Both the position numbers and the translations under genes were made by a program. Positions 12,301 through 27,400 of a stretch of DNA of 64,000 nt are shown one piece after another (position 1 is the stretch's first letter; every line of letters starts with the position of its first letter). The stretch covers positions 16,804,001-16,868,000 of the forward strand of contig NC_087245.1 of NCBI RefSeq assembly GCF_037042905.1. Reading direction: 5' to 3'. The notes under the pieces are model-generated. The model was not told the DNA's origin, did not search any database, and saw only the letters and a list, made by a program, of their open reading frames with translations. Origin of the DNA: Lytechinus pictus. Its lineage: Eukaryota.

Positions 12301-12419
12301 AATGGTGAAAATCCTGTGGTCATGCAGTAAATCGAGTCTGGTTTAAAAAGCCTCAAGTTGAATTAACGACACCCACTTAACAAGTTATTGACAACTGCTC
12401 GTAAAAGAAGACAAATCAA

Positions 12420-12720
12420 CGTGGAATTCCGGGGAAAGAAACTTTGCGCATCGCTTTGGAAAGCATCGTAAAAGTTCACCGAACCGAAAGACCTGATTGG
12501 TCGAAATACATGGTGACGTAATTTTACCGTCCACCAACGCATCGAGCCAATCACAGACTGTTTTGTTCCCTTTCATACGTATTCTTCCTTCCATTTCTCC
12601 TCTGTCCTCTTTTGTTCGGTATAATTTCCAATCGTTTACCAATCGGATTGAATTATCATCAAAATAATGATTATCATCATCAGCGATCAACTTTAATCTA
12701 AATCCCCTCTAGTCTGTGTC
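12420..12720 (+). promoter_or_regulatory. Putative Wnt10 proximal promoter with clustered CCAAT boxes
   Basis: ctgattggt (~12493), agccaatca (~12545), ttccaatcg (~12626), taccaatcg (~12637) and CRE-like tgacgtaa (~12514) lie in a CpG-rich patch 0.7-0.9 kb upstream of the ATG. Confidence 0.5.
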
Positions 12721-13376
12721 ACATATTCATATTTCATATAACGTCCATCCTCTCTAACTTAAACGGCCGGATTTCTAGGAACTTTAAACCAAGTTTTCAT
12801 CTTAGTCTGTCCCTGGGCTGTGCCGACAAAGATCAAGTTCTCATAGCCTCCCGACCACCCCGAGTTTCTTAATTCCACCTCTCAACTTATTGGATATAAG
12901 TCTTTGGGATCAGCCAGCTTTGTTGGATTTAACGCAGGTGACAGAATCTGCGAAGCTACTTTTTCTTTTCTCGTGTGATTTGTTTCCCTTTTGTGTATTT
13001 CACATCAAATCAACTTGCAATAAATACCGGCAGTTTTTGAAGTTGATGCAAAGAGTAAACCACCTTAGGAGAAAGTATAAATTGATTTGGATCGACTTTT
13101 AAATGCTCTACTTTGAACAGATTTAATATGTTTGTGACATCTCGGAGTACCCTAAGTAATTTCTTTCACCGACCATGTCTGATTTCATATTCATTGAATT
13201 GCCGCATCTTCAAGTATTGACTTTGCGAATAAGAGTTTTGATGGGATAATAATGCGACTATATACCACTTTCACCTGTCACCGGATTAATGATACTCTTC
13301 TAACATCATTTTGACTTTTAAAAATATAATTTTTTGTATTTATTTATCGAACACTGGTCACGATTACACAGGAATA

Positions 13377-13429
13377 ATGAATCAAGGGACTGTGGTTTTT
13401 CTGGTCTTCTTGCCGCTAACTTTAACGAG
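13377..13429 (+). CDS. WNT10: Wnt10 exon 1, signal peptide (MNQGTVVFLVFLPLTLT-S)
   Basis: ATG, a hydrophobic stretch and an AG|gtaaag donor. Phase 2 joins exon 2 in frame (AG+T = Ser). Too short for the ORF track. Confidence 0.75.
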
Positions 13430-16400
13430 GTAAAGTATTAAATGATTGTTCACGCCACTAATAATGCTTGTTACTTTACTTATAGCAATAACCATGGGAA
13501 CACTGGAAACTTTGATGCATGGAATGTCATCATGACTTGTGTGAAAGGAATTAAGAAGTCGATATAGTAATACAGAACTTCTTCAAATACTGTTGCTACT
13601 TTAAAGAAAATTCGAAACCAATGAATGACATGAAAATGCAAAATTATGAATCGTTATTCTATCTCTACTCTGGTATGTCGTTTTCATAACTTTAAAGAGT
13701 TCTGTAATGCCGATTATAATGCAGAATAAATCATCATATTATTAAACTGAAATACCTTTATCTGAATGATAGCTGCTCTTAATTGATCTTAACTTGAGTA
13801 TCACATGATATGATAAATAGAGTCACATTGATATCAAACTGAATAAAATGAGAAAGAACGTGTAATTATATTGGAATAATATACTTCAAATCTCACTCTA
13901 ATAATATAATAAAAGGAGTAAAATGTGTTATAATAATCCCATTAAAATTATTAATTTGCGTTGGGTCATTTTACCTCATGTCTTACTCTTATTTATCTGC
14001 ATTTGGTAAGGATATTTTCTGTTTGGAATAATCATAATTTATACTGCTATTAAACAAGAAAAACAAAAATCTCACTTGTGGTTTTTCGAGGTGTACTTGA
14101 ATGCAAAGTAGAACCGGTTACAAGGCAGAATCTAAAACACACAAGACCATTGCACCCCGCTGCCTTTTAGCCATGGGCATAGAAAATTTGATCAAGTGTA
14201 ATTTAGTTTAGGATGAAAAACTGTTGCCGAAAAATGCAATGAAAAGATTGGAAGCCGGGTTATTTCCATTCGAAAGCAAAGAGGGGCGGTGGAGGGGGGG
14301 GGGGCATTGTGAACCGGTAGGAGTCCACCCTTTGGCTGACACCGTTAAGACTTTCTCCAGTTATTGCTGCTAGGGCTTTCGATAGACCACTACTTTACTT
14401 TCCGTTGACGACGGAGCTTAGACATTTTGACATACGAGATAAATCGATAGGATTATAGGGGAATACCTTGAAGAACCCATCGTTCGTCTCGAAATTATAC
14501 CGAATATAATAATTACATGTTAATACAATTACATGAATATTTCTTACCATCAATTATGTCTCAGCAAAACATGTGCGTCTCCGAACGATTAGCTCATAGC
14601 AAATATTCTTCGCAGTTTTGCTTAATGGAATTTTGAAAAAGTGACACACGTGGTCGTTTCATTGACAATACTTGGCTATACAGGGTAAATTTCAGTTTTA
14701 AGGGTGTAATTAATGTAACACTTCTCCAGATTACTGAAAAGGGTTATCTCAGTTGTAAATTTTATCAGACATGATTTTGGGGGGCGTCAAAGTCATCGTT
14801 TTATTCATAGGAAAACATAGTCTTCGTCTGTTTCTTTACCAACTTTATCTCATGTGAGAAGTGATGATTTGAGGGTTATATTCTTAGGGTTATATTCTTA
14901 CAGAAATTTCATACTTTCATTGATTGAAACTCACCATTACGTATGGTACGTAAACAATAACGTTTGAGTTGAAAATCGGGTATACAATTATTTCTTAATA
15001 AGTAGCGTTTTTTTTATCAAATGATCTTTTAATGACAGTTGAAAGTCAAGTTGTGAAATAAAAGTTGAGAATTGTATGAAATAAAAAAGATTTGAAGAAA
15101 TTTCGTCATCACAGGACGACGAAATACTGGCGAACATAACACTAAATACATTCTAAAATATCGCATCTCATGAAAATGGTAGTAAGAATTAGGAACATGC
15201 AACATGAGATACTTATTTCTTTTTCTCATGGATGGTTTGAAAATCAATGATAAAAATTGTTTTTTTTTAAGATTGTTTTTTTTAAGATTGTTAACAAGAT
15301 ATCACGCATAGATGAAAGCTGCTACTAATTGGTCTGACCTGCTGTAGACAACTAGCTTGGATATTCTCAAATAACTTTTGAAAAAAAAAAATGAAAATGC
15401 GAGAAAATCTTTGCTTTTTGTTCGTTTAGTTCAGTCTTGTATGAACATGATATTATTTATGAAAAATCAGACATGCAAAATAGACACACACACATAAATG
15501 AGGATGAACAAAAAAGGGAAAACACGTAATTTGAAGTTGACATTGTTTTGAGAAGCACTGATCTGAAAGAGACTTTATGCAAATTTTGGTGAGCTGGCAA
15601 TGTCGTGAGCTAATTCCTCTGTAAATCTTGGTTTCACGCGTGGTATAATGTAGATATTCTTTGAAAAATCGAAATTTCCAATAACAAAATACGAAAGGAG
15701 CAATGAGATTCTGGCATCATCATCCCCATCGGTGCAGTCAGCACATAATGTGTACTTTCACTGTTTCGAAAATCATGTGCAACTTTAAAATGTCAAATAT
15801 ATGTTTTGTTCATTCTGGTTTTGACAGGATTTCGGCTGTTTGGTTTCTCTCTCTTGATTAGAATCAACCTACGTTTTAGGTGATCATGGTCTTCAAAGTG
15901 ATCAATGTCATTTTGAAATAAATATAGTTATCAACTTGTTTTGAAGTCTACTACATATCATTCCTCAGTGTGTTCATACAAGTATTATAAGCAAAATGGT
16001 TATTAGTCATCAATGATGTCTAAATTATACCAACCTCACTTAGAACACCCTAGTCGAAAAGCAATCTTTGATCTCCCACAGCTTTTCATAGGAGATTAAC
16101 TCAACTGCTCCAATCTCTAAAGTTAAGTGTCTGCATTCAAGAAAGCCCTTTGGTCAGTTAAGTGCCCTCATAAAATCGAGATGTTTAAATTGCAACTTTT
16201 CATCGCGTTCCCTTAAGCAGGTTTTCATTCTCTCTGTGTCACTTTTGAGAAGTCAATAAAATGGACCAGTGCCTAAATTTAATCACTGAAACATCTAACT
16301 TAGTAGATGTCAGGCATAATGAAAAGGTGTCTTAGCCAAAACTATTTCATAAAGGCTGAGATAATTGTAATAAAGTCAAACAAGAAGAAGTAAATTTTTA

Positions 16401-17841
16401 GAAAATGTGATGAAGAAAGGGAAACAAATAAGGGGGATAAATCCGATACATACATGTATAGAGAAAGAGCAAAGATCGAGAAAGGACAACAAAATAGAGA
16501 ACTTACACGTATTTTACACGATTGCCTTAAATTATTGATGTCAGGATTTTAAAACGCTTCAAGTTTTATGAATCGCAAGGGAGTTTGTTTTGTTTTGTTT
16601 TTTGCTTTATACTTTGGGATTGGTCAAGATTAAATAACGTCTCGATTTATAAACTTTGTAAAAAAAAAAAGGGGGAATCTTTAATATTGGGAGGTTATAT
16701 GTAGTATATAACACTTCCTATAAAAACAATGACAAAAATAGTTTCGCAAATTGGCTTCTTTAGTTATAATGTTTCTGATCGATTTAGGTCACTCTATTCC
16801 TTTTTTATATTCATGTGTAAAATTATGCATAAATCTAACACGTTTAAGGACTTTCAGATAACATAATTTTCGAAAAAGTCGTGTTTACACTAAAAAACTT
16901 TATGGGAGGTGGCGGGTTTCAGACTCAGAAACAACAAATTAAATATTATACGAACAAATGCATTCATTTCAAATACGTTTCTCGTGTCTAAAATGCATTT
17001 AAAATAACCCTTTTGTCATTCCTCGGCGGGTACTAAAAAGAGATTTCAATCCGATACGACTTCGGAATGTGACGAACAAATTGGCCAAATCCTATTGTTA
17101 CACGAGGCAAGATCAGCCACTCACCAAAACCTACTCCCAAATCACTAAACGTGTCCAATTTGCATGTCTTTCTACACCCTTCACAAATAAAACCATTTCT
17201 CTTTCAAATCCAGGGAATTTAAAAGTTACGATATCAATGAACTTGGGGCTTTGCAAGATTGCGGTGGGCTAGTCTACTCCCTTTTCGTCTCATCCCTCTC
17301 TTTTCATATTTAAGGTTTATTTGTAAATCATCTCGGGCAATCTCTAGGCATATGGCTTTGATAATTCACTTTTCTTTATCTGCTAGTTCTTGTTTGAATC
17401 CGAAGCGTAAAATAATCATTGTGTTGACATGTTGCTAATCGTGGGATTTGAGCTAGGAAGTACATTTGTCGAACTTGTTTTGACCGAGAAGCAAACAGCT
17501 ATGGTGACCCAAATCGGGGTCATGGAGTCATCAAGTTCATCTGACATAGCATCTCCGCGAAAATGAGAGGAATATAGTAGAACTCTCTTATTTAATAAAT
17601 ATTCATTATGATTCAAGTGCATATAGGGCTATTCAAGGTTTGCCAAGTCATATCTAATATCTTTTTCGAAATAACTGTGTCTATTTTCTTGATAAAAGTA
17701 ATCTTATTTCAGATTGTATTTACATGTCTCTCTGTGATCATCATGATCATGGTGATTCATTTACATAAAGTATACTTTACCAAATACAGATGAGACTGAA
17801 TATTGGTTTTGACTTCAAAAGATTTCGATTCTACTGACCAG

Positions 17842-17998
17842 GGCCCCCGTAACACAAAAACTTAGCGATGAATATCAACTATGAAAGAACACTTCTGATT
17901 GCCCCCTGGTCAGTATTTTGAACTAAATGCGCGTGTAACATTGATCCTGACTGGTCAGCCCATTTAGCAATTGATTGCTAAATCTTTGTGTTACGGAG
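17842..17998. mobile_element. Degenerate small MITE with GGCCC-type left end
   Basis: Inverted termini ggcccccgtaacacaaa and tttgtgttacgg. Confidence 0.45.
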
Positions 17999-20198
17999 TA
18001 TTCTGAACTCCTGTTTTTCTTTGAAATATCATGAATCTGTGGTTTCATATTATGGAAAGCCAAATGGGACGGTGATGCTATCTAATGACATTTTACTACT
18101 CAATATTTTGAAATCCATCTGATAGAGATATAGCAATCTTGCCATTAAAACATGATCAAAGAGCCAGCTGAATGTGTTGAAATAAAACATACACATACTT
18201 TAAACGAGGTTTTGACAATTTGGTTTCCCACAATTTTAACAGGGACTTTGAACGTTTGCTTCAAAAAATCTATCGTTTAGAAAGTGAACCAAAGGAAAAA
18301 AAAAAAAAGAGTTTATTAGTATTTCAAAATTGTGTGTGTTTTTTTTTAAACTAAAAGTCATAAGCTAAGTTGGCTAAGATTAGAAATGGCAATGACTTCA
18401 ATATTTCCACCAAGGAAAACTTTGAATCTCATACTCTTGCTTGTCACGCTTGTAATGATGAGATTTAAACGGATAATATCTCTTGAACTACCATTTTTAT
18501 ATGCATCGAATTTCGTAATAATCATTATACACGTATACAGACAGTGTGTATGATTATAAACCATGCCATAAACCAATAAATGAGTTCATTGTCCTTTTAA
18601 AGGAAAATGTATCATAATTGGTAATTAAGTGATTTGTGTGGAGAGAGGCAGATGAAAACAGAATATAGAAAGTATACATATACCCAAGGGATTTGTTATG
18701 ATTGATGAAAAATGAGATGAGTATATAAGACTTTTAAAATATCGATTAGAAATTCAAGAGGCAAGGACTGTAGGCATACTCTTCTATTAATTTTTTTTAT
18801 CATGTACGTAATTATGAATAAAACTCCAAGCCTTTTTTTATTTAGATAATCAAATTAAGAAATGTAGCATAATCTCTTCATAAAATGAAATTAAAACTTT
18901 TGAAAAATATTAAGTGTGGGTCATTTTGTGTAACCCAACAAATGGGAGTAACATTACTCTGCATCACAATGACAATAAAAGTCAATTTGAAATCCATCAG
19001 GGATTAAAGTATAGTTTTAAAGTTTAAAAAATTGAAGGGAGTTGTTGAATTAAAACAAGGAGATTGTTCGATTTTCTTCAATTTTTTACCGAGGCGTATT
19101 TTCTTCTTGTATTTTTATTTAATCTCTAAAAATGAAATTTACCATTTAAGGTTGGATATCCTTTATAGGTTGGATGAGTGGAGGGTGTAGACCTATACCC
19201 ATTTCTATCCATTTGCAAACCAGTTTCTTAAGATAAGGAGGGTGGAAACCGTAAACATGACATTATAGCCACTTTAATACACTTGGAAATTGTCGGGGCA
19301 GATGCCAATACCGGTCAGCTCCTGTGTCGAAACTTGACGACTTTGTTAAAAAAAATAATAAAAACTAAAAATCTAGAACATGTCGAAACTGACATGTCCT
19401 TTTACGAAAATGCTATACAATTAGACAAATTTTAGAATAACAGCGCTTATCCTAGACGAATGAAGACAAGGGCTCTCCAAGAAATCAACTTGGTTTTTCC
19501 CCACCTTTCCCCAGATTCTGTGACCCGTCCGATAGGAATCTAGATGAATGGATATCGTTAGACGATGAAATTGTTTTCCGGTATACACCGATCAAGATCT
19601 AATAGGCATGATGGGATGAGCTTGCCGAGAAAACGCATGAAACCAAATTCAATGCGTTTTTGTTGTTGTCTTATTACGTTTATATTGATGTTTTCACGTT
19701 ATTCTTTAGTATGTAAAAAAATGCTTGTTTTAATTTAACGCGGTAATTAGTCAACCTTGACAGAAAAAAATAAATGATCTATAATTTCACATTTAAATGA
19801 TGAACAAAGTGTATGATAGCGTTTTGAAAATAATCAATATCGAGATAAGTCAATAATTATTATTCGCCTATCGCAATTCCAATCAACTTAATGGTTTTCA
19901 CTGTTATTTTTTTTATAATCCTTGGTTACAATAAAAAATGAAGCAGTTATGCAGTCTTTATTGGACCGTAGTGAGCTCACCCTATAGTCGTCCCAATAGG
20001 TTTTTGCCACTATAATTAATACGAGTCTTGTGTCCATGACGCAAGTACTGACAAAAAGAAGATACTGGGCCGTAAAAGTTGGGTTTGGTGGTTATTTTTT
20101 AAGTGAGCACTAATACTTTTTATCACTTTTTTGTGTGATGAATTATTGGAATATTTCATGCATGCATAAATTATGTCTTTCCGAACCCTATATTTCAG

Positions 20199-20476
20199 TC
20201 GTCCATACGACATCAGCTCGAATGAGATCTCATCTTTCAACGACCCCGACTTCAGTGACATCCGCAACGCCCAGACTCTCTGCCGGACCTTCCCGGGAAT
20301 GAACCGGAAGCAGATGCAATTATGTCGACGAATGCCCGACGTCACAGCCGCCGCCATCCAGGGAATCGACATGGCCGTTCATGAGTGCCAGCACCAGATG
20401 AAGAATAGACGATGGAATTGCTCGAGCTTGGAGATGAGACATGGTAATCCGTTTGCGCATGCCCTTATGTCAAAAG
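20199..20476 (+). CDS. WNT10: Wnt10 exon 2 (RPYDISSNEI...LCRTFPGMNRKQMQLCRRMPDVTAAAIQGIDMAVHECQHQMKNRRWNCSSLE...)
   Basis: tttcag acceptor and gtgag donor. PDVTAAAIQGI..A.HECQHQ...RWNCSSLE is characteristic of the Wnt10 subfamily. Confidence 0.93.
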
Positions 20477-23400
20477 GTGAGACTATATTAAATATATTGT
20501 TTATAAGATTGAATGAAGTCTGAGAGGGTGCATGTGACCATTGAGTTTGCCTTTCATGCATCCCCGCCCCCTGGTTGATCATTATGACAAGCTGTGGGGG
20601 GGGGGGGGGGGGTAACCGCCCCTACAGTGAAAAAAAGGGAATGAAAACGGGAATAAAGGTGTATAAAAAAGGTGTATGATAAAAAGGTCTGGGTTGTTAC
20701 ATAAATGGATTTTTAAAAAAAGTGATCTTCATGATGTTTTACTAACTTTTATTCGACTAGACTAATTTCTTGTTTAGAAATTTCGACAAAAAATTGGCAA
20801 TTTATCCACACTATCAAGACAAATTTCTTGAAAGACCACTTTGTCATTGATCAAACACATTCTCCTTTGCAGTTTGTGTTCGTGAGCAGAATTGAACGCA
20901 TTCATTGGTTATCGTTACATTTTTCAAAGTATGTACACTTTCATATCACCTACTCAGAGTAGTAGGTCCATTATATCAAAAATTATATAAAATCGGTCTA
21001 AAACAAATGAAGATTGGGCAAAGGTTAACCCAACAGAACTATCAAGCCTAATATATTTCTAATCTCCCATTAAAAGTTTATATGTTAAATTTCCGTTGAC
21101 CTGGTTTGACGTGTCAATGACCTTAGGGCAAGGGTCACCCGAGAGAGTAACCTTAATCGTGAGTCAGCCAATTATGGGAGAGATCTAGTATCGCCCCTAA
21201 GAGAAACCCAACGAACTTTGTCTCTTCCTATTTTAACATTTGAGCCCTTTCCAATTTTGGCTCGGACCATGGACAAAACTCAAATATTTGTTGAAGTAAT
21301 TTTAGGGAAATGAAACCGCCGCGGGAGTGTAGAAAGTACAGTGTCAAAGTTTCTCCGTGTCTTGGACATGACGATTCTTTCTGGTGACAGCGCTCTGTAA
21401 CAAAGATTAGGAGCACGAACTGACAGATGCAACAACTTCAAACTAATTAAGAAAATTGCTTCTTTTTATATACGTAAGACTATGTGCGTTTTATGTCGGA
21501 TTAAATAGTTTGAAATTGGCGGTTGTTTCATTGGAATGATCAGATGATATGAGACGGATTGGTATTAGTAGTAAGGGAATGTCACTGTCGGGACATGCAA
21601 GGAGTATAATGTTTGAGGACAGTTCATTTCATTCAGTGGCGCAGTTAGACAAACATTTTGAGGGACTAAATTGTGGGGTTACCATTCTTTGAAAGCTACT
21701 GAGCAAGTGAAATAATCGGTAGTTTTCAAATCAATTATTCAAGTTCTAAGTAATTTAGCGAGTTGGAAAGAAAAATAAGACCTAAAAGAAAATTGATGGA
21801 ATTTATTGTCTTGAAAATGTACGCCAAAATAATTACAAAAATGAGATTAGGGTTTTTGGACAACAGCCCTTAACCTCAACCAGTATGCTACACCAATAAT
21901 TTCAAGTAGCTTGCATGTAGCAGAGGGGGGCAGAGGCAAGCCTTTAAGTATGGAATGGTAGTGGGTAGAAAATTACTTTAGGTCTTCCTCCACAAACGCT
22001 GGTTTATTTCGTAATAATTAAGCATCATTTGTTGTCACCTTATTTTCCAAATAATTTTAAAGGTTCTGAATGGTAGAATTTCACCCTTTTCAGTCTAGTT
22101 GACAAAATGCCATGGAAAAAAAATGAAAATCATAACTTCTGAAAGTCCATCTCCCTCTTGTCTGTCTTCGCCCAACATATTTCATGAAAGACACCTGGAC
22201 GTGAAATAAAAAAACAAAAAATCTCCAAATATGAGAGAGATAAATCTGAGATCCATCACATCTCTTGGCATATTACCCGACACTGTAGCAGTATTTCATT
22301 TCAATCTACGAGTCATCCGTCAGCTATCCCTCAGCGGGCCGATGCGATGGTGTATGCCGGTACTTAGGCTACACACACGCTCACAATGAATGTGGGTCGA
22401 ATATCGACAGCTGCAGAATAGTATGAACTCCTCACCTCTTGTTTCCAATTTAGCCAATGATTTGAATTATCAATTAACCTGAATTTTATTTGGAAGTGAT
22501 TGTCGCCCTTTTAATTTTTCATTATTTTTCTTTCAAACTTTTTCAATCGTGTAATAAAGTAAACACTTGGGACCACAGAAAAAGGAGTGTCGGCGAAATC
22601 GTGGACCGATTGATAGAGTAAAAACTTATAAAAAGTTAAATCTCTATATTTGATTTTACCAAAGGTTTCTCTACACGTAAATCCTTACACATGTGTATCT
22701 TATCTATTTCTTCCCCTCTTCCTTTTTCTGTTAAATACCTCTTTCTATGTCTCAATTTTTATCTTACATCGAAATTGAATAATATGATAAAATCTTATAG
22801 TCTAAATCATTATTTTCCTAGAATATTCCTTATGGTTCACTCTCAACATCACTCTTCTTCAGATCATGATCAGATTTAATTCTTAAGTCTTATGTTACAA
22901 AATGTGATATTCGATAATTATAAACACATGTATTCTTCAAATCGTTTCATTTTCGCCCACTGCCATATGCGAGTCCTGTCATCGGATAAAACTTTGAAGT
23001 TATTCTCTCTAAAGACAACACACATCTGTAGCTTTCATAGTTTAAAGCCGTCGATGTCAAAAGTCGCAGCGCATTTGAACTAACAAGATCTTGAGGTTGA
23101 TATCATTTTAAGGACGATATACCACATATATCATATAAGGACGATATACCACATATATCATTTCTTATTCAGAAGTCTTAACAGATCCTGGTTCCTTATC
23201 CAATTGGTGATAATGTCATTATATGATATGCCCATTTAGAATGATGAAAAAATCATGCGTCATTCATCTTATTTTTGTCGGCTTCCAGATATTCCTCATT
23301 TCCAATTATGTTTAAAGCAATCATAAGTTTACAAAAAGAAAAACATATTGTATTTATTAAAGGTATATTGACATTTTGGTATTGCATCAACACAGAGAAG

Positions 23401-23818
23401 CCCTTCAAAATGATGTGGCCTTTTTTATTATGATGATATTCTGCCGGGTCTTTGAAGATAAAAGTTATAAATAAGGATACTAAACACAGTTAAAACCTTG
23501 AAGATTCCCCATATACAACAGTGTTCCAAACTCAATCAGGCGCAGAATCAGGCATGGGGCCGTTACAATATATTCAGAATTAGCTAAGGCTTTTATTCAT
23601 ATAAAAAATAGATAGGCCCTGTCCTGTGAGAGAAAATAATCTGAGAATTGCACAATTTAAATGCCGATGTTTTTTCGTTAGGTAAAGTCATTTTCAGGGT
23701 CTATGCAACTTATGTTTTGGTGACCAACTTTGAAGACCGTGATGAACTTTTAACCTGATGTTTTCCGTGAGAAATTTGCATTAATGCAGAAGTCAAATTG
23801 TAAATTTTACACACTTAA

Positions 23819-24414
23819 AGGGGAATCCAACCCAAATAAAAACTTGTTTATATAAGACAAAGAAAAATCAGACAAGTCGATAGGTGAAAGTTTGAACGAT
23901 ATTGGACAAACAACCAGAAAGTTATGAATTTTTAAAAGTTGTAAATATTGGTAATCACTATACCCATGGAGACTTCAAATTGGCCGCATATGGGATGTCA
24001 TAGTGATGTAAGGCAAGGACTACTCTTCCATGTACTCCAATACATATTATATGGCTAAATGTCATTTTTTCCAAAGGCTTTATTTCAAGTTTTATTTTTC
24101 TTTCATGAGGACATAAAACAATATACTACCTGGATTATATTAAGATTACTGCCCCAGGGGAATGGGTACTTAGGAGAAAACCACAAATCCCTGATAATAA
24201 AGTACATGGCCTATGGGAAAGTTGTCCTTGCCCCTTGTCATAATTTACTTACCCAGTTGCCAATTTGAAATCTACATACTATTAGTGATCTCAATTTTAA
24301 AGCAGCTATAACTTTCTTATTGCTTGTCCGATTTCTTTCAAACTTTCACCATTCTGTTTAAATTATTTTTCTCCTTCCTAACACAACATTTTATGGCCAA
24401 GGCTGGATTCCCCT
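23819..24414. mobile_element. Kolobok-like non-autonomous element
   Basis: ttaa|aggggaatcca ... tggattcccct|ttaa: TTAA TSD with purine-starting TIRs. Confidence 0.8.
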
Positions 24415-27400
24415 TTAAAACCCGGAAGATCCCTCAAGTTTTACCGTGGTGCCTCTCTTGTCATTGCAGAACAACAAAATAATTAAACGGGGAAGAAGGA
24501 AACATATAAATATATTTAATAAACATACTATTACTGACGACTGGAAGCTTTCAGGTTGCCACCATGCCGCCGGCTTACATCAAAGTAGGAACTGAGACCG
24601 CCAACTTCGACTCTCCGTTTCACAATTTCTTAGTTATGATTTTGGAAAACATCTTATTTCTCTTTTAACGAAGAAGTGTACATGCATATAGGACCACCCT
24701 GCTTGACGACGTCTCGACAAAGACATATAAAACCTGCAGGATATCGCGAAAATATCAATTTTGAAATGTCAAAAAGAAACAGTCTGATTTCAAACAGAAT
24801 AACATGACACTCTTCCACGACTTCTGTCAAAATTTATATCCTGCATCCTTTAGTAGTATCCTTCCTGTCATTTTCTGTGCTGAAACGTCAGAGATTACAA
24901 AATGAACTCGTTGTTTCAACCAAGGTATATAGTGTAATCTTTTTGTTGGCACCCTCTTCCTATATAATTATTGGTCTCCCCATTCGGTATACTTCTCTTG
25001 CTATAACACATCTTTTCTCTTTTTTAACGATATTCTGGTGGCCTTTTTGTATGACACAAACAGGTAAAATGTGTGTTCTTTTTGTTTTTTGTTTTTTTCC
25101 GAATATATCTTCATCATCCTAAAAAGCATAGACACAATATAATGTTATAGTGTAATGGAGGAACCCTTAACATGAATAGTGTGAACGACATCAATGAAGA
25201 GAGTGTTGCTCTATAAAAAAAATCATACATACACACATACATACACGCAATCTCAATCTCTGTATCACACACACTCTCACACACTCACACATCCTCACAC
25301 GCACACCCACATACTCACACCAGCATATTCTAAATTTTTATATTCAAGAGTGAGACATGTTAGTTCATGACAGCCGGATAGAGCTTTATATCCTTATTAC
25401 ATTTTCGAAAACGTCCAAGTAGAACCATACTGATCACGAACGTTACCACAGTGTAACAAAGTTAAACATCCCCGGCTATTAGACGAATATTAAGCTTTCA
25501 CAACGAATTATGTCAAAGTGACTTTTTAAGCTCCAAAGTATGTAAGTAAGGTCTTTATCAGTTACACCTGCACGGGTTTCCATTTCGTTCTTTCGCCTTT
25601 TACGCGTTTGAGGAGGACTCAAATTTGTGACAATTACCGATCAAGATGGGAAAACGTGACCGGGAGATGATGGAATCTGGAACCAAAAGGCACCGCGGAG
25701 CTGCAGGGGTGCTTCCTTGGTAAATGGAGAAGAAAGACCAGTGGTAGAAGCAGAGGAGGAAGAAGAACTTCCTTGGCTGATCAGCCTTAAGAGGAAGGAT
25801 TTGCTTGATATGTTCGAACATTCGTGAATTTCACCATGTCCTTTGCAAACCCAAAATGATAACGATCGGTTGTAATAGAGCCAATGTGGATTGTCAACTT
25901 AAAAAAGATATCGATGTATTACACAATAATCTTAAAGGACATTATTTTCACGTGATTAATGTAACATCGTTATACGATTTTTGCATTACACGTATCCATA
26001 TGTTTTTGTCTCAATTTTCTTTGTAAAACAATAAATAAACAACATTGGATCAATATGCTGCTTTACAATAATCTACCATCAAGGATTCACTTTGAAGTTA
26101 CAGGTTACAAAAGGAAAATTAAGATATATGTACGTCAAGGATATTTATTGTCCCCATCACTGTTAACCTTTGCTGCATAGATGTGATTGGTTTGCTGTGA
26201 ATTATCAGGCATGGAAGGTATCAACATTTGGGTGTTGATATCTATTATTCACGTTATGCTGAGATCACTGCTTGTACAGAGAATGAAGCACTATAACCCC
26301 CCCCCCCCCAAAAAAAAAAAAAAAAAAAAAAAAGAGGGGACAAGCCCCAATATTTCTTCTTATCTTTTATTTGAATTCCCCACAAACAATTTTAATTTAA
26401 TAATTTATTAAGTTATTCTTTAGTTGTCATTCCAAAACGGCATTTACCCGTACCCAGTAACATTGAAACAGTCATGGTCAAATATTTTCTTAAAGACAAG
26501 CTGAAAGTATATAAACGATTCCCGTTATAATGTTGCCTTGCAGAAACAACAAAAAAACGTTTACCTCTGAAAGTGTTTAATGTTTAACAACCTTTAGGCC
26601 CTGGATAACATGGGTATGTAAAACAGAGATAAAAATGATATCCCTTATTATTTAACTCAGGATGTGCTAGCTGTTAAGGGGCCTTACGGCACTGGATAAC
26701 TCTCCTTCATTTAAGCACTGGATAACATGGATGTTAAAAAAAGTCTTTACTAAGATAAGTGAAAGTAAAAACAGATCTGTCTCAGCAGATGGTAGACCTA
26801 CATACAAAAATAAAAATGTATGCCCATATTCCATATCATGGAGGTGGCTGGACATGGCTGACTTGATATTTTGACGCCATTGCCACACGCAAGATGAAAT
26901 TTACTCGCACACGACTTGCCATGATTAAGACCAAGGGTGCCGCTCTTTCACTCAAGAAAATTCAATTTTCGTCTTGCTGTGATGTGAGACCCCGGCATCA
27001 TTTCAAAGAGGGTCCCTCTTCATATCATGACGTCACTGCTCTGTTAAGTGCAGGGCAGTATTGGTGTATATTTCTGCTTTCTGTCTGTTGGGGCTGCAGT
27101 GTAGACTTGAAAATTTCGCCTCCTATACACTATGCAAACTGCATTAAGGATAATAACAAAATAACGTAAAGAGGTAACGAGCGACAGGTAGGCGGGAGAG
27201 ATGGAGAAGGAAAGAGAGGAAGAAAGGCTTTAGTAGGGGATGAAAAAATGAACAGGTTGAAATTGATATGCCATCATTTCATCACGAAAAGGTATAAACG
27301 GTTATAAAACTCTTACTGAAATTTGCTTGATATGGCACAAAGATGAAAAAGACTTGATAAATGCATGAAAAGAAAACAATCTGTGACAACACAGTTTGTT

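Noticed and set aside
11995..12356. Ser-rich and Leu/Phe-rich ORFs
   Set aside because: These are translations of the polypurine tract.
23108..23162. Exact ~26-bp tandem duplication (taaggacgatataccacatatatca twice)
   Set aside because: An ordinary slippage duplication with no sign of function.
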